From the IMG/VR virus record IMGVR_UViG_2619619135_000002: 45,104 nucleotides of DNA. One strand, 5' to 3'. Below the pieces are notes generated by a model that was given only the letters and a program-made list of their open reading frames with translations, had not been told where the DNA came from and ran no database searches. Source of the stretch: a virus. Its lineage: Duplodnaviria; Heunggongvirae; Uroviricota; Caudoviricetes. Made by a program: the position numbers and the translations under genes. Position 1 is the stretch's first letter, and every line of letters begins with the position of its first letter. Shown piece by piece: positions 11,932 through 25,057 of this stretch.

Positions 11932-12762
11932 ACCTGACTCCTCCTGCGATCCCTTCTGATACTGTCATCAGCATTACGTCATCCTCCGTCATGTCCGCCA
12001 CATCCGGGGAAGCGGGGATAACTTCATTCCCGTCCGGGCCAAAGCGGACGCCTCCGGCAAGCCCTGCCGCTTTCTGCATCAGCACATCATCTTCAGGCTC
12101 TTCGTCAGCCTCGCGCCGGTTCAGCAGACTGAAATCCAGCGGATGCATATCCGGATCGCTGAAAAACAGGCTGAGTACGGTGTACGTCAGCCCGGAAAAG
12201 TGCATATCCAGCAGAACATCATGAAAATAATGGGTACTGTAAAAGCGGTGCCAGTCGGCATACTCCGTGGATGACATCCCGGCAAGCATGGCGCGCCAGT
12301 CGGGTCGCCCCATCTCACGCGCCAGTTTCAGGGCAAAACTCAGCTCACCGTCGAACACTTTCCCGCAGAAACAGGCTCTGCGGGCCCGGCGACCTCTGTC
12401 TGTTCAGGGGCATTATTCACAACAAACTCATACATACCAGACAGCCGGTACACCACGTTTTCAGCATGAGAAATTGCCTCCGTGGGCCAGGTGGTAAGCA
12501 CTTCCTGCTCAATCTGTTTAACGGCTTCATTCATGGACGGCATCTGCGTCTTCTGCGGATGGTTATGCCACAGGGACATCGCCACCAGAAACGCGCCGGT
12601 TCTGATGGCGTCTTCCACAGTAAACTTCCGGTTGCTGTCTGACTCCGCCTGTTCTGCCTGCCGTTTCATCAGGGCGAGATGCTCAATACGCTGCAGGGCT
12701 GACAGTTCAGAAAGCGTGACGGTCACGCCGTTATGTTCAAATGATTCGGTTTTCAGGAACAT
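11924..12762 (-). CDS. GT: Tail assembly chaperone G-T fusion, made by programmed -1 ribosomal frameshift
   Basis: Slippery heptamer G GGA AAG (plus-strand ctttccc at 12357-12363) lies in the 0 frame of G; the -1 frame continues as ...GKVFDGELSFALKLAREMGRPDW... to a stop at 11924. Same arrangement as lambda G/GT. Confidence 0.85.
12340..12762 (-). CDS. G: Tail assembly chaperone G
   Basis: 140-aa ORF (lambda gpG is 140 aa) ending ...VSAGKCSTVS; contains the slippery heptamer at its 3' end. Confidence 0.9.
   Translation of the reverse strand: MFLKTESFEHNGVTVTLSELSALQRIEHLALMKRQAEQAESDSNRKFTVEDAIRTGAFLVAMSLWHNHPQKTQMPSMNEAVKQIEQEVLTTWPTEAISHAENVVYRLSGMYEFVVNNAPEQTEVAGPAEPVSAGKCSTVS
12357..12363 (-). 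promoter_or_regulatory. Programmed -1 frameshift slippery site GGGAAAG (G to GT)
   Basis: Exact heptamer read directly from the sequence, in the correct frame relative to G and the overlapping T frame. Confidence 0.85.
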
Positions 12763-12777
12763 CGCTGACTCTCCGGA

Positions 12778-13518
12778 TTAACTGTCGGTGACAGTGATTT
12801 CTGCAACCGCAGCAAGTTCACCATTACCGGATACAACCGGAATGTTGACCTTACCTGCAGCAACGCCTTTCACGGTGATGGTCATACCACTGACCGACAC
12901 GGTGGCTTTTGTTTTATCCGCTGACACCGCACGGAAGCTCTTGTCAGTTGCGCCCTCCGGCTGGAATGCCACGGTCAGCGTGGTGCTCTGCCCTTTCACC
13001 ACCGAGGAGCTGGCAGGCGTCACGGTCATGCCGGTTGCCGCTGTTACCGTGCTGCGATCTTCTGCCATCGACGGACGTCCCACATTGGTGACTTTCACCG
13101 TGCGGGTGATCACTTCCTTCGCCGTCACCGCCTTACCGATACTGCTGACCCAGCCACGGAACACATCGACCGTGCCGTTCAGGAAGCGGATTTTATAGGC
13201 ACGGGTATCGCCTTCATTAAACCACGCCAGCAGCGCCTGCTGCCCCTGCTCTCCGGGCATCCACGCCAGCGTGAAGCTGGTATCTCCGGCAGATTTCTGC
13301 CCCTGCCCGGTCGCAGTCCAGTCTGCATCTTCATCATCGAGATAGCTGTCGTCATAGGACTCAGCGGTCAGTTCGCCGGGCGTCAGGTCTTTAACTTTTG
13401 CCAGACGCGACCAGTCAACGTCTGAAAGCGGATTCGCATAAGGGTCACCGTTCCCCTTATAAACCCACAGGGTGGTCCCGGCCCCTTTCACCGGTGCCAG
13501 AGGATTTGGTGTTGGCAT
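12778..13518 (-). CDS. V: Major tail tube protein V
   Basis: Start set at internal Met ([22 protein letters not shown]...), 7 nt after the U stop; matches lambda gpV; the C-terminal Ig-like domain (...VTVTDS) is present. Confidence 0.9.
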   Translation of the reverse strand: MPTPNPLAPVKGAGTTLWVYKGNGDPYANPLSDVDWSRLAKVKDLTPGELTAESYDDSYLDDEDADWTATGQGQKSAGDTSFTLAWMPGEQGQQALLAWFNEGDTRAYKIRFLNGTVDVFRGWVSSIGKAVTAKEVITRTVKVTNVGRPSMAEDRSTVTAATGMTVTPASSSVVKGQSTTLTVAFQPEGATDKSFRAVSADKTKATVSVSGMTITVKGVAAGKVNIPVVSGNGELAAVAEITVTDS

Positions 13519-13525
13519 ATCGTCC

Positions 13526-13921
13526 TCACATTTCATAGGTAATGACATAAGTCAGATCGGCTGAACTCCACAGGCCCGCATCATCGTCGCGCCGGTAGTC
13601 ATAGCCACTGGCCACCATACTGGTGATCAAATCTGACAGTGCCGGGATATCGCTCATCACCGGATAAATCCGGGACTCCATCCACGAATCCAGCTCTGAA
13701 TCCGGCACCTGAGCAGGCAGGAAAACTTCAATATGCAGCTCCGCCTGCCAGGTATCGCTGTCCAGCTCTTCGCCCGTGTATTCAGCGCCGGTGAGATAAA
13801 CGGCAATTGCCGGAAAATCTTCCTCATCAAAAACAGCGGGGCGACCATCAAAAAGCGTCGCCCCGGTGTCATGCTTCTCCAGTGCATCCAGTACGGCTGC
13901 ACGGAGTTCAGTATGTTTCAT
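13526..13921 (-). CDS. U: Tail terminator protein U
   Basis: 131-aa ORF (lambda gpU is 131 aa) between Z and V. Confidence 0.9.
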   Translation of the reverse strand: MKHTELRAAVLDALEKHDTGATLFDGRPAVFDEEDFPAIAVYLTGAEYTGEELDSDTWQAELHIEVFLPAQVPDSELDSWMESRIYPVMSDIPALSDLITSMVASGYDYRRDDDAGLWSSADLTYVITYEM

Positions 13922-14496
13922 CGCTTTATTACCATTCTCAGTTGATGCTGCAGCGCATAGCCCAGCTCTTTCGGAAGACGCTCACGCCGTATCCGCTCAA
14001 TATTCTGTTTAAACGCCGTGGTCAGCGGCACCGCCATCGGGATTTTCACCACATCAATGGGGTAACGGTTTTTCCCGGCCACACGCTGCATGACATGCCA
14101 GCGGCCATTTTTCAGTTGCTGAATAAACGCGCCGGGAATACGACGGTTTCCCACCACAAGTACGCTGCCGCCACCTTTCAGGGATGAACGCTGCCCCTTT
14201 TTACGACGTCTGCGGCGGGACAGGACAACCCGCGCGTTACCCAGCCTGATGACGGGCAAATCCCCCCGGTTAACCCTGATTCTGGCCTGCGGATTTTTGA
14301 CCGTGGCCCTTTTCAGCCTGGCCCTTTCCTTTACCAGTTTCCGGCGTACCTTTGTCTCACGGGCAACCTGTGACGCAGACTGCGATATCGCGGATGAAGC
14401 AACGCGGTTAATGGCCATTGCGGCGGCACCGGGCACCGCCGTTTTGCTGATACGGCTGAGGTTTTCAACGGCCTGCTCAAGACCTTTTATGGCCAT
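13918..14496 (-). CDS. Z: Tail completion protein Z
   Basis: 192-aa ORF (lambda gpZ is 192 aa); overlaps the U start. Confidence 0.9.
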   Translation of the reverse strand: MAIKGLEQAVENLSRISKTAVPGAAAMAINRVASSAISQSASQVARETKVRRKLVKERARLKRATVKNPQARIRVNRGDLPVIRLGNARVVLSRRRRRKKGQRSSLKGGGSVLVVGNRRIPGAFIQQLKNGRWHVMQRVAGKNRYPIDVVKIPMAVPLTTAFKQNIERIRRERLPKELGYALQHQLRMVIKR

Positions 14497-14507
14497 ACAT
14501 CCCCCTT

Positions 14508-14861
14508 TCAGCGGCGACGGTTAACGGCAGGCGGTACGCCACGCCCAAGCCAGAGATGACAGCTTCCGCCATCATCCGGCGAAATCCGGTCCACCCAGAA
14601 GTTTTCCTCGCCGATGGTCAGCGTGTCTCCACGCCGCAGCTGCCGCACCTCATCAGTCCGGACAAACAGGGACGGGCTGGAGCCTTCAACACGCACGCCC
14701 TGTCCGGCATAGCTGATATTTTCAGGGTCATCAAAAACACCACGTATCACCACACCTGACTGCTCACCGGATGTAATGGTGGCTGACGTTCCCATGTACC
14801 CGCGTATCGTTTCATCGGCGCGGGCAATGGCAGCATCGAACAGGTTATCGAAATCAGCCAC
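14508..14861 (-). CDS. FII: Head-tail joining protein FII
   Basis: 117-aa ORF (lambda FII is 117 aa) between FI and Z. Confidence 0.9.
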   Translation of the reverse strand: MADFDNLFDAAIARADETIRGYMGTSATITSGEQSGVVIRGVFDDPENISYAGQGVRVEGSSPSLFVRTDEVRQLRRGDTLTIGEENFWVDRISPDDGGSCHLWLGRGVPPAVNRRR

Positions 14862-14872
14862 AGCGCCTCCCG

Positions 14873-15307
14873 TTATTGCATTCTGGCCAGGCCGCGCTCT
14901 GTCATTTCGGCTGCCACACCGGCAGAGACACGAAACGCCGCTCCCGGCAGCACAAATGCCACAGGTTCATCCCGCGTGGCGTGAAGTGCATCAGTATGCA
15001 GCGTCACCAGTGCCACGACCGTGACCAGAGCAGCCGTATCAATCACGGTATCCGGCTGCGCTGATACCACCTCATTTTCATGTCCGATCAGCGCATTTTC
15101 CGGGCTGACAGATGTGTCCTGACCGGCAGCGTCATCCGTGTCATCAAGCTCCTCTTCCAGCTCTGCCACACGGAGCACCAGTTCTTCTTTCGTCCCCGTC
15201 AGGCTGACATCACGGTTCAGTTGCTCACCCAGCACCTGAAGACGGGCAATCAGTTCATCTTTCGTCATGGACTCCTCCACAGAGAGAAAATGGCCCCGAA
15301 GGGCCAT
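14873..15307 (-). CDS. FI: DNA packaging protein FI
   Basis: 144-aa acidic ORF starting 3 nt after the E stop; position equals lambda FI. Sequence assignment is by context. Confidence 0.75.
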   Translation of the reverse strand: MALRGHFLSVEESMTKDELIARLQVLGEQLNRDVSLTGTKEELVLRVAELEEELDDTDDAAGQDTSVSPENALIGHENEVVSAQPDTVIDTAALVTVVALVTLHTDALHATRDEPVAFVLPGAAFRVSAGVAAEMTERGLARMQ

Positions 15308-15309
15308 GA

Positions 15310-16335
15310 TTACGCCAGTTGTACGGACACGAACGCATCAGGATCAGCCAGCAGCATCAGCGGTGCTGACTGAATCATGGTGAACTCACGCGCCGGATCG
15401 CCGGTGGTCACCCAGTTTTTCGGGTAGCGGGCAGAGGCGTTAATACCTTCGCGCTGTGCGTCCGCATCCTGAATGCAGCCATAGGTGCGCAGACCGCGTG
15501 CCTGAGTGTTCCCCAGCACCATCGTGTTGTCCGGCAGGAAGTTCTTTTTGACGTCGTTTTCCACGTACTGTCCGGAATACACGACGATCGCCGTATCGCC
15601 ATACATCCCCTTATAGGACACCGCTTCGCCCAGGTCTTTTACCGCTGTCTCCAGCTCGGAATTAGAGCCGCGACGGGTATCCAGCTTCTCCTTGACGGCT
15701 TTGAAGGAACGGAACAGCGCCCAGCCTTTCGGATCAAACACGATGATATTCACCACGCCGCTGGCGTTCAGCGCGTAGGCTTCGATATCGTCGGTCGGGT
15801 CATACGTGGACTTGTCACGCTTGCTCCACTCCGTACCGCCGGACTGCGTGATGTTGTTCGCCACACTGCGGCCCATATCCACTTCAACCGGATCGAAGGC
15901 TTCACCGGTCATGGTATATTTGCCCTTAAGCACGGCAGAAACGGCCTGCATCTCTTCGACCTGAGCAATGGCCAGCTCTTCGTCTCGCATGTTCTGCATG
16001 ATGATGCGACGGCGGCGGTAAGCCGGGTCCGCCAGATTCTGCGGATCTTCATCCGGCAGGCGACGCAGGGTCATCTGCGGATTCACCTCATGCTTGGGTT
16101 TGACATATCCCGGCGTAAATTCAGAGGTGGAGCCGCCACGGGAGCGGATAACCTCACCGGAAACAATCGGCGAAACGTACAGCGCCATGTTTACCAGTCC
16201 CGGAATTTGTGAGAGATAGACTTTCTCCGTAGTGAAGGGATAGCTCTCACGGAAAAAGAGACGCAGAAACAGCGGATCAAACTTAAATTTCTGCTCATTT
16301 GCCGCCAGCAGCTGGGCGGTTGTGTACATCGACAT
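15310..16335 (-). CDS. E: Major capsid protein E
   Basis: Start at internal ATG giving 341 aa (MSMYTTAQLLAANEQKFKFDPLFLRLFFRESYPF...), essentially lambda gpE as recalled; the listed ORF has a 9-codon upstream extension. Confidence 0.95.
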   Translation of the reverse strand: MSMYTTAQLLAANEQKFKFDPLFLRLFFRESYPFTTEKVYLSQIPGLVNMALYVSPIVSGEVIRSRGGSTSEFTPGYVKPKHEVNPQMTLRRLPDEDPQNLADPAYRRRRIIMQNMRDEELAIAQVEEMQAVSAVLKGKYTMTGEAFDPVEVDMGRSVANNITQSGGTEWSKRDKSTYDPTDDIEAYALNASGVVNIIVFDPKGWALFRSFKAVKEKLDTRRGSNSELETAVKDLGEAVSYKGMYGDTAIVVYSGQYVENDVKKNFLPDNTMVLGNTQARGLRTYGCIQDADAQREGINASARYPKNWVTTGDPAREFTMIQSAPLMLLADPDAFVSVQLA

Positions 16336-16390
16336 AAAAAAATCCCGTAAAAAAAGCCGCACAGGCGGCCTTTAGTGATGAAGGGTCAGG

Positions 16391-16723
16391 TTAAACGATG
16401 CTGATTGCCGTTCCGGCAAACGCGGTCCGTTTTTTCGTCTCGTCGCTGGCAGCCTCCGGCCAGAGCACATCCTCATAACGGAACGTGCCGGACTTGTAGA
16501 ACGTCAGTGTGGTGCTGGTCTGGTCAGCAGCAACCGCAAGAATGCCAACGGCAGCACCGTCGGTGGTGCCATCCCACGCAACCAGCTTACGGGTGGAGGT
16601 GTCCAGCATCAGCGGGGTCATTGCAGGCGCTTTCGCACTCAATCCGCCGGGCGCGGTTGCGGTATGAGCCGGGTCACTATTGCCCAGCGGCTGGTAATGG
16701 GTAAAGGTTTCTTTGCTCGTCAT
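16391..16723 (-). CDS. D: Head decoration protein D
   Basis: [27 protein letters not shown]... matches lambda gpD (110 aa); start set at MTSK. Confidence 0.95.
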   Translation of the reverse strand: MTSKETFTHYQPLGNSDPAHTATAPGGLSAKAPAMTPLMLDTSTRKLVAWDGTTDGAAVGILAVAADQTSTTLTFYKSGTFRYEDVLWPEAASDETKKRTAFAGTAISIV

Positions 16724-16732
16724 AAACATCCC

Positions 16733-18032
16733 TTACACTGGTGTGTTCAGCAAATCGTTAACGGCATCAGATACCGGGTTACCTGCAGCCAGCGGTGCCG
16801 GTGCCCCCTGCATCAGACGATCCAGCGCAGTGTCACTGCGCGTCTGTGCACTCTGTGGTGCTGCGGCCAGAATACGGCGGGCCGTTTCCACGGTCATACC
16901 GGGGGTTTCGGCCAGCACGCGTGCCTGTTCTTCGCGTCCGTGAGCCTCCTCACAGTTGAGGATCCCCATAATGCGACTGTTTTCTGCCGCAACCGCTGCG
17001 GTGATCTGCGCGTTCACGTCCGGCTGCGCCGCGCTGGCGTTCTCGCCCTCCGTCGCTTGCACCACGCCAGTAACGTCAGCCTGCGAAGCAGTGGCTGAAA
17101 CAGTTGTTGATTGAGTCTCTTTGGTCATTCGCCCTCCTGAGAGACGGGATTTACGTGCATCCAGTGCATCACGCATGACGGTGATCGCATCGGTACTGTT
17201 AACAAGTTCATCAGCCAGTCCGGCATCAATGGCCTCCTGACCGCTGTACACTGCAGCCTCGGTATCCAGCACAGCCTGCACGGACAGGCCGGTATATGCC
17301 GACACCTTCTGTGCAAACATCCGGCGGGTTGCATCCATCCGGGACTGCAGTGTCTCCCGGACATCATCCGGTAGATGGCTGTAGGGGTTGCCATCCACCT
17401 TATGGCTGCCGCTGTAAATCAGCGTGATTTCCACGCCCTGTTTCTCCAGTGCAGCGCCGTAATTACTGTGAGCCATCATGACGCCGATGGAGCCTGTCCG
17501 GGCGGTCTGCGTGACCAGACGCCGGGAGGCGGCACTGGCAAGCAGCTGACCTGCGCTGCAGTTCATGTCATTGGCCAGCGCCCATACCGGCTTTATGTCA
17601 CGCACACGGGCGATGATGTCAGCGCAGTCAAATGCTCCCGCCACCATTCCGCCCGGTGTGTCCATATCGAGCAGAATGCCGTCCACCATCGGGTCGCTGG
17701 CAGCCTGTTGCAGACGGGCGATAATGCCGTTGTAACCGGTCATCCCCGAGTACGGCTGCAGCGCCCGCGTCCGGCTGACCAGCGTGCCGGACACCGGCAG
17801 CACGGCGATGCCGTTCATGACCTGATAACTGCGGGCCTGTCGTGGTCCGTCATCATCACCGGATAACGCCAGCGTCGCGGGTGCCTCTCCGGCAGCCAGG
17901 CTGTCACCGGACACCGCATCCGTCAGGCGGCTGATCCCAAGCTGGCCTGCAAGCGCACAAAAGAAAACCCGCGCATAGGCGGGTTCAAGCATCAGCGGCT
18001 CATTAAAGGCCATGCTGGCAATATGCGGGAGA

Positions 18033-18052
<20 letters not shown>
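16733..18052 (-). CDS. C: Capsid assembly protease C (S49 family); the in-frame C-terminal part corresponds to scaffold Nu3
   Basis: Translation from the codon giving VTAELRNLPHIASMAFNEPLMLEPAYARVF... matches lambda gpC (439 aa). Start assigned to a GTG; the listed ORF extends 44 codons further upstream. Confidence 0.85.
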
Positions 18053-21733
<3,681 letters not shown>

Positions 21734-21759
<26 letters not shown>

Positions 21760-22279
21760 TCAGCAACCCCGGTATCAGTTCATCCAGCGCGGCTGCTTTG
21801 TTCATGGCTTTGATGATATCCCGTTTCAGGAAATCAACATGTCGGTTTTCCAGTTCCGGAAAACGCCGCTGCACCGACAGGGGGATCCCGTCGAGAATAC
21901 TGGCAATTTCACCTGCGATCCGCGACAGCACGAAAGTACAGAATGCGGTTTCCACCACTTCAGCGGAGTCTCTGGCATTTTTCAGCTCCTGTGCGTCGGC
22001 CTGCGCACGCGTAAGTCGATGGCGTTCGTACTCAATAGTCCCTGGCTGGAGATCTGCCTCGCTGGCCTGCCGCAGTTCTTCAACCTCCCGGCGCAGCTTT
22101 TCGTTCTCAATTTCAGCATCCCTTTCGGCATACCATTTTATAACGGCGGCAGAGTCATAAAGCACCTCATTACCCTTCCCACCGCCTCGCAGAACGGGCA
22201 TTCCCTGCTCCTGCCAGTTCTGAATGGTACGGATACTCGCGCCGAAAATGTCAGCCAGCTGCTTTTTGTTGACTTCCAT
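21734..22279 (-). CDS. Nu1: Terminase small subunit Nu1
   Basis: 181-aa ORF, MEVNKKQLADIFGASIRTIQNWQEQGMPVLRGGGKGNEVLYD..., wHTH; matches lambda Nu1. Confidence 0.95.
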
Positions 22280-22284
22280 TGTTC

Positions 22285-22480
22285 ATTCCACGGACAAAAA
22301 CAGAGAAAGGAAACGACAGAGGCCAAAAAGCCCGTTTTCAGCACCTGTCGTTTCCTTTCTTTTCAGGGGGTGTTTTAAATAAAAACATTAAGTTACGGCG
22401 AAGAAGAACGGAAACGCCTTAAACCGGAAAATTTTCATAAATAGCGAAAACCCGCGCGCCTGCCGCCCCGTGGCAGGCCA
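22285..22480 (-). other. cos region (cosB plus cosN cohesive-end site)
   Basis: Minus-strand reading upstream of Nu1 gives ...CACGGGGCGGCAGGCGCGCGGGTTTTCGCTATTTATGAAAATTTTCCGGTTTAAGGCGTTTCCG...AAAGGAAACGACAG..., colinear with the lambda left end as I recall it, except for a 5-nt difference inside the cohesive-end core. Confidence 0.8.
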
Positions 22481-22979
22481 CCCCACCGGAAGGACCCGCA
22501 CAAATGAGAGCGTTTGTCATTAACATTTACAGATAAGATGACGTACATCATTGAAACGCCATTCAGCCATATACCGGCAGCATTCGTAGTTGCACTCCGT
22601 AACTCTGCGACTAAGGTTAAAAACATGGCCCTCTTTTGCCACCGGCAAATCTTCAATGGATTTCCCCTGCCGGTTTTTTATTTTCGTCGATGCATAACAT
22701 TGCATTTACATCAATAGCGGCTATTGTCATTAGTATGTTGCATCAATGCATGGGTGGTATTGGCGGTCTTCGCCGGCCGGTTCTGTGTAGCTGCTCCCTG
22801 TGACCGTTTTTTTATTTCTCACATTATCGCAGCCCCTCACTGAAGTGCTGCTGTAATGCAAGTTACTTGCGAACCAGACAAACGTCCTTGCCGTTAGTTT
22901 CAATACGCGAATACTGCGGTTTACCATCAATGATGTCTGTCATTACGAACACCTCACCCGGCTGCAGTTCAACTGCACC

Positions 22980-23255
22980 TTACGGTAATTTCATGAAGGC
23001 AAATACCGGACAGCCCGGATGACGAGCATCTTCTGTTGCTTCCAGCATTGATTCACCAAACCACTCCGTCGTAGCACGACCATCAGCTGCTTTGTAGTGG
23101 ATCAAGTACTGGTTTTCGCCATCCGCATACTGCGCGCGGGCTTTAACCTCACCCCATTCATCACTGATGCGTACTTCCACCAGTTGTGACAGTTCAAACT
23201 TAAACGGAATAGACGCGACACCAACTAAAATCGGTTTGTTTTCTGTTTTTTCCAT
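22980..23255 (-). CDS. Hypothetical protein (91 aa from the third ATG)
   Basis: ORF with GGAG Shine-Dalgarno before the ATG; preceded by an intrinsic terminator; no recognisable motif. Confidence 0.5.
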   Translation of the reverse strand: MEKTENKPILVGVASIPFKFELSQLVEVRISDEWGEVKARAQYADGENQYLIHYKAADGRATTEWFGESMLEATEDARHPGCPVFAFMKLP

Positions 23256-23271
23256 CATCATCTCCAGATAT

Positions 23272-23295
23272 AAAAAAGCCCCGCATTTGCGGGGC
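23272..23295 (-). terminator. Rho-independent terminator
   Basis: Minus strand reads AGCCCCGCAAATGCGGGGCTTTTTTAT (7-bp GC stem, 4-nt loop, U-tract). Confidence 0.7.
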
Positions 23296-23317
23296 TACAA
23301 ACAGGCATCACAGCCAG

Positions 23318-23533
23318 TTAGCTAAGTCCGACAGACATAAAATCATCACTACCTAAACGATGGGAACCATAACGAACTTCATACTCCCCATTCAATTCAG
23401 AGCGTTTAGACTTTGCGCCATCCTCCGTTGCATAAATGCCGACCAGATGCCAGGGTTTGTCACGTACTACAGCCCAACCAAGAACCCATCCCTGATTATC
23501 AGGATCAGCCTTCAGGTTATTTTCTACAAACAT
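23318..23533 (-). CDS. Hypothetical protein (71 aa)
   Basis: Start set at MFVENNL, preceded by AAAAGGAGAACACT-ATG (strong SD); the listed ORF starts 10 codons earlier. Confidence 0.5.
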   Translation of the reverse strand: MFVENNLKADPDNQGWVLGWAVVRDKPWHLVGIYATEDGAKSKRSELNGEYEVRYGSHRLGSDDFMSVGLS

Positions 23534-23573
23534 AGTGTTCTCCTTTTGGGTACCCAGAGACATTCTATGTCAT

Positions 23574-23798
23574 TCATGAAACAAGCAACAACGTGGCCGT
23601 TACAATCCCCGCCATATTTGCGTTCAGATCACATTCAACAGAAATTTCTTCATCCGTGGCATCCACTTCATATGTCCGGGAATAACACTCCGTGCATTTA
23701 CCGCTGAAGATATCCTTAACCAGAACACGTCCACGCTGCAAAACCCTGAATGGAATCGTTCCGTTAAAGGGCTTTACGGTTACCAGTAATCTCTTCAT
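23574..23798 (-). CDS. Hypothetical protein (74 aa, contains a C-x-x-C pair)
   Basis: Start set at MKRLLVTVKPFNG, preceded by GGAGGGG SD; the upstream extension of the listed ORF lacks an RBS. Confidence 0.5.
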   Translation of the reverse strand: MKRLLVTVKPFNGTIPFRVLQRGRVLVKDIFSGKCTECYSRTYEVDATDEEISVECDLNANMAGIVTATLLLVS

Positions 23799-23971
23799 AT
23801 CCCCTCCGGATAAAAATGCCCCTTGCCGCCCGGGCTGTTGTTCAAAGTTCATCCTGATTCGGCAAGATTCAGAATGTATAAGACAAATTGGCACACACAG
23901 CAGAATTTCATGCTTTCCGGACGCTGGCGCATCCTTCATTTTTCAGCGAAATATTCTGCTCTTACAGGCGA

Positions 23972-24154
23972 TCAGTTCTGCAGACACTGCCGAACACCGT
24001 CGACAATTTCACAGACCCGAGACGCGGTATCGAAAAGCTGGCGCGCCTTATCCAGGCTGACGCATCCCACCAATAAAAAAGGCACCAGTATCGCTACCAG
24101 TGCCCATTTCGCCGCCGTTCGCGGCATTCTGTGTGTCCAGTGTTTTCGCGTCAT
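23972..24154 (-). CDS. Small lipoprotein (60 aa; lipobox LLVGC; 29-aa mature part with two further Cys)
   Basis: N-terminal basic region, hydrophobic stretch and L-V-G-C lipobox; start codon 2 nt after the stop of a 37-aa membrane peptide. Confidence 0.6.
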   Translation of the reverse strand: MTRKHWTHRMPRTAAKWALVAILVPFLLVGCVSLDKARQLFDTASRVCEIVDGVRQCLQN

Positions 24155-24155
24155 A

Positions 24156-24269
24156 TCACCACCAACGCACAGCCCAAATCAGAACAGCGACCGCCACAAG
24201 GCGAATTGCAAAGGCCGCAGCCCTTGTCAAATCAAGGCTCGCGGGAGTTTCCACTTCAATACCTTTCAT
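24156..24269 (-). CDS. 37-aa single-pass membrane peptide, translationally coupled to the lipoprotein
   Basis: ATG at 24269 to TGA at 24156 encodes MKGIEVETPASLDLTRAAAFAIRLVAVAVLIWAVRWW; below the ORF-track size cutoff; read manually. Confidence 0.4.
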   Translation of the reverse strand: MKGIEVETPASLDLTRAAAFAIRLVAVAVLIWAVRWW

Positions 24270-24360
24270 AATGGACAACCTCAAAAAGAATCTTTTATAC
24301 TTTCCCACGAGGATTTTCTCCGTACTCACTACTCACAATTTCCTCTTTGACGTGAAAACT

Positions 24361-24400
24361 AAAAACCCCGGGCTGTTCCAGCAGCCGGGGTTTTGTTTTG
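24361..24400 (-). terminator. Bidirectional rho-independent terminator directly after the endolysin
   Basis: AAAAA-CCCCGGGCTG-TTCCA-GCAGCCGGGG-TTTTGTTTTG: GC hairpin flanked by an A-run and a T-run. Confidence 0.7.
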
Positions 24401-24401
24401 C

Positions 24402-24785
24402 TTATCGTTTCAACTGAAAGTGAGGCCCGTCTTTCAGTGTTTTCCAGTCCCCGCCCCATTCGATGGCAGTTCCCAGCTCTGCGGCAGCCTGCTTAAACGC
24501 CTGCGCGATTTTCTCGTACAGAGGCCAGTCCCATGACACCTGGCTACCAATGTAGGCCACGACATCCACCGCATCACCGGTCAGGTGGCGGCTGTTCATG
24601 GTCTGGCTCTTACCTTCTGCAACCAGCTGTTTCTGGCGATACTTACTGCGCAGACCTTCCGTAATACCGAAATCAACCTCCGTCAGCTCCAGTGCACGGC
24701 GAACGACAGCAACCAGCTGTGGTTTAACGCCCTCCAGATTTTTTTCACTGCGACGACTGAATCTGAATTTACCCGACATACTCAC
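24402..24785 (-). CDS. Endolysin, peptidase M15 (L-alanyl-D-glutamate / D-Ala-D-Ala peptidase-type)
   Basis: 127 aa with ...SRHLTGDAVDV... and ...WGGDW... segments typical of zinc M15 phage endolysins; last gene of the lysis cassette. Confidence 0.75.
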   Translation of the reverse strand: MSMSGKFRFSRRSEKNLEGVKPQLVAVVRRALELTEVDFGITEGLRSKYRQKQLVAEGKSQTMNSRHLTGDAVDVVAYIGSQVSWDWPLYEKIAQAFKQAAAELGTAIEWGGDWKTLKDGPHFQLKR

Positions 24786-25057
24786 CTCAGGAATGGAAAG
24801 ATTTTTGTGACGTTCCCACGTGCGCGTATCACCAGCACGCAGAACAGCAGATTAAAAAACACCTGGAACCAGTCTGTTTCTAACGGGCGACCACACAGAT
24901 AGCTGAGTGGAACAAAGCCATAAAGCAGCATCAGCAACCAGGCCAGCCATGACATCAGCGGTTTATGTCTGGAATCACGGCGACGATAAAAAAAGAGCGT
25001 CAGCACGATAACCGTGCTTAACGCCACATTCAGCAATCCGGGAAGGTTACTTAACAT
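24782..25057 (-). CDS. Small membrane protein in the lysis cassette (possible antiholin or lysis accessory)
   Basis: Start set at MLSNLPGLL, preceded by GGAGGAGG SD; two or three hydrophobic segments; overlaps the holin stop and endolysin start. Confidence 0.55.
   Translation of the reverse strand: MLSNLPGLLNVALSTVIVLTLFFYRRRDSRHKPLMSWLAWLLMLLYGFVPLSYLCGRPLETDWFQVFFNLLFCVLVIRARGNVTKIFPFLR

Noticed and set aside
22435-22930. Several 60-73-aa ORFs on both strands in the cos-proximal region
   Set aside because: Overlap cos and each other, lack ribosome-binding sites and have low-complexity translations; likely non-coding. A 26-aa ORF (MTDIIDGKPQYSRIETNGKDVCLVRK) ending near 22866 was noted but is too short to support.
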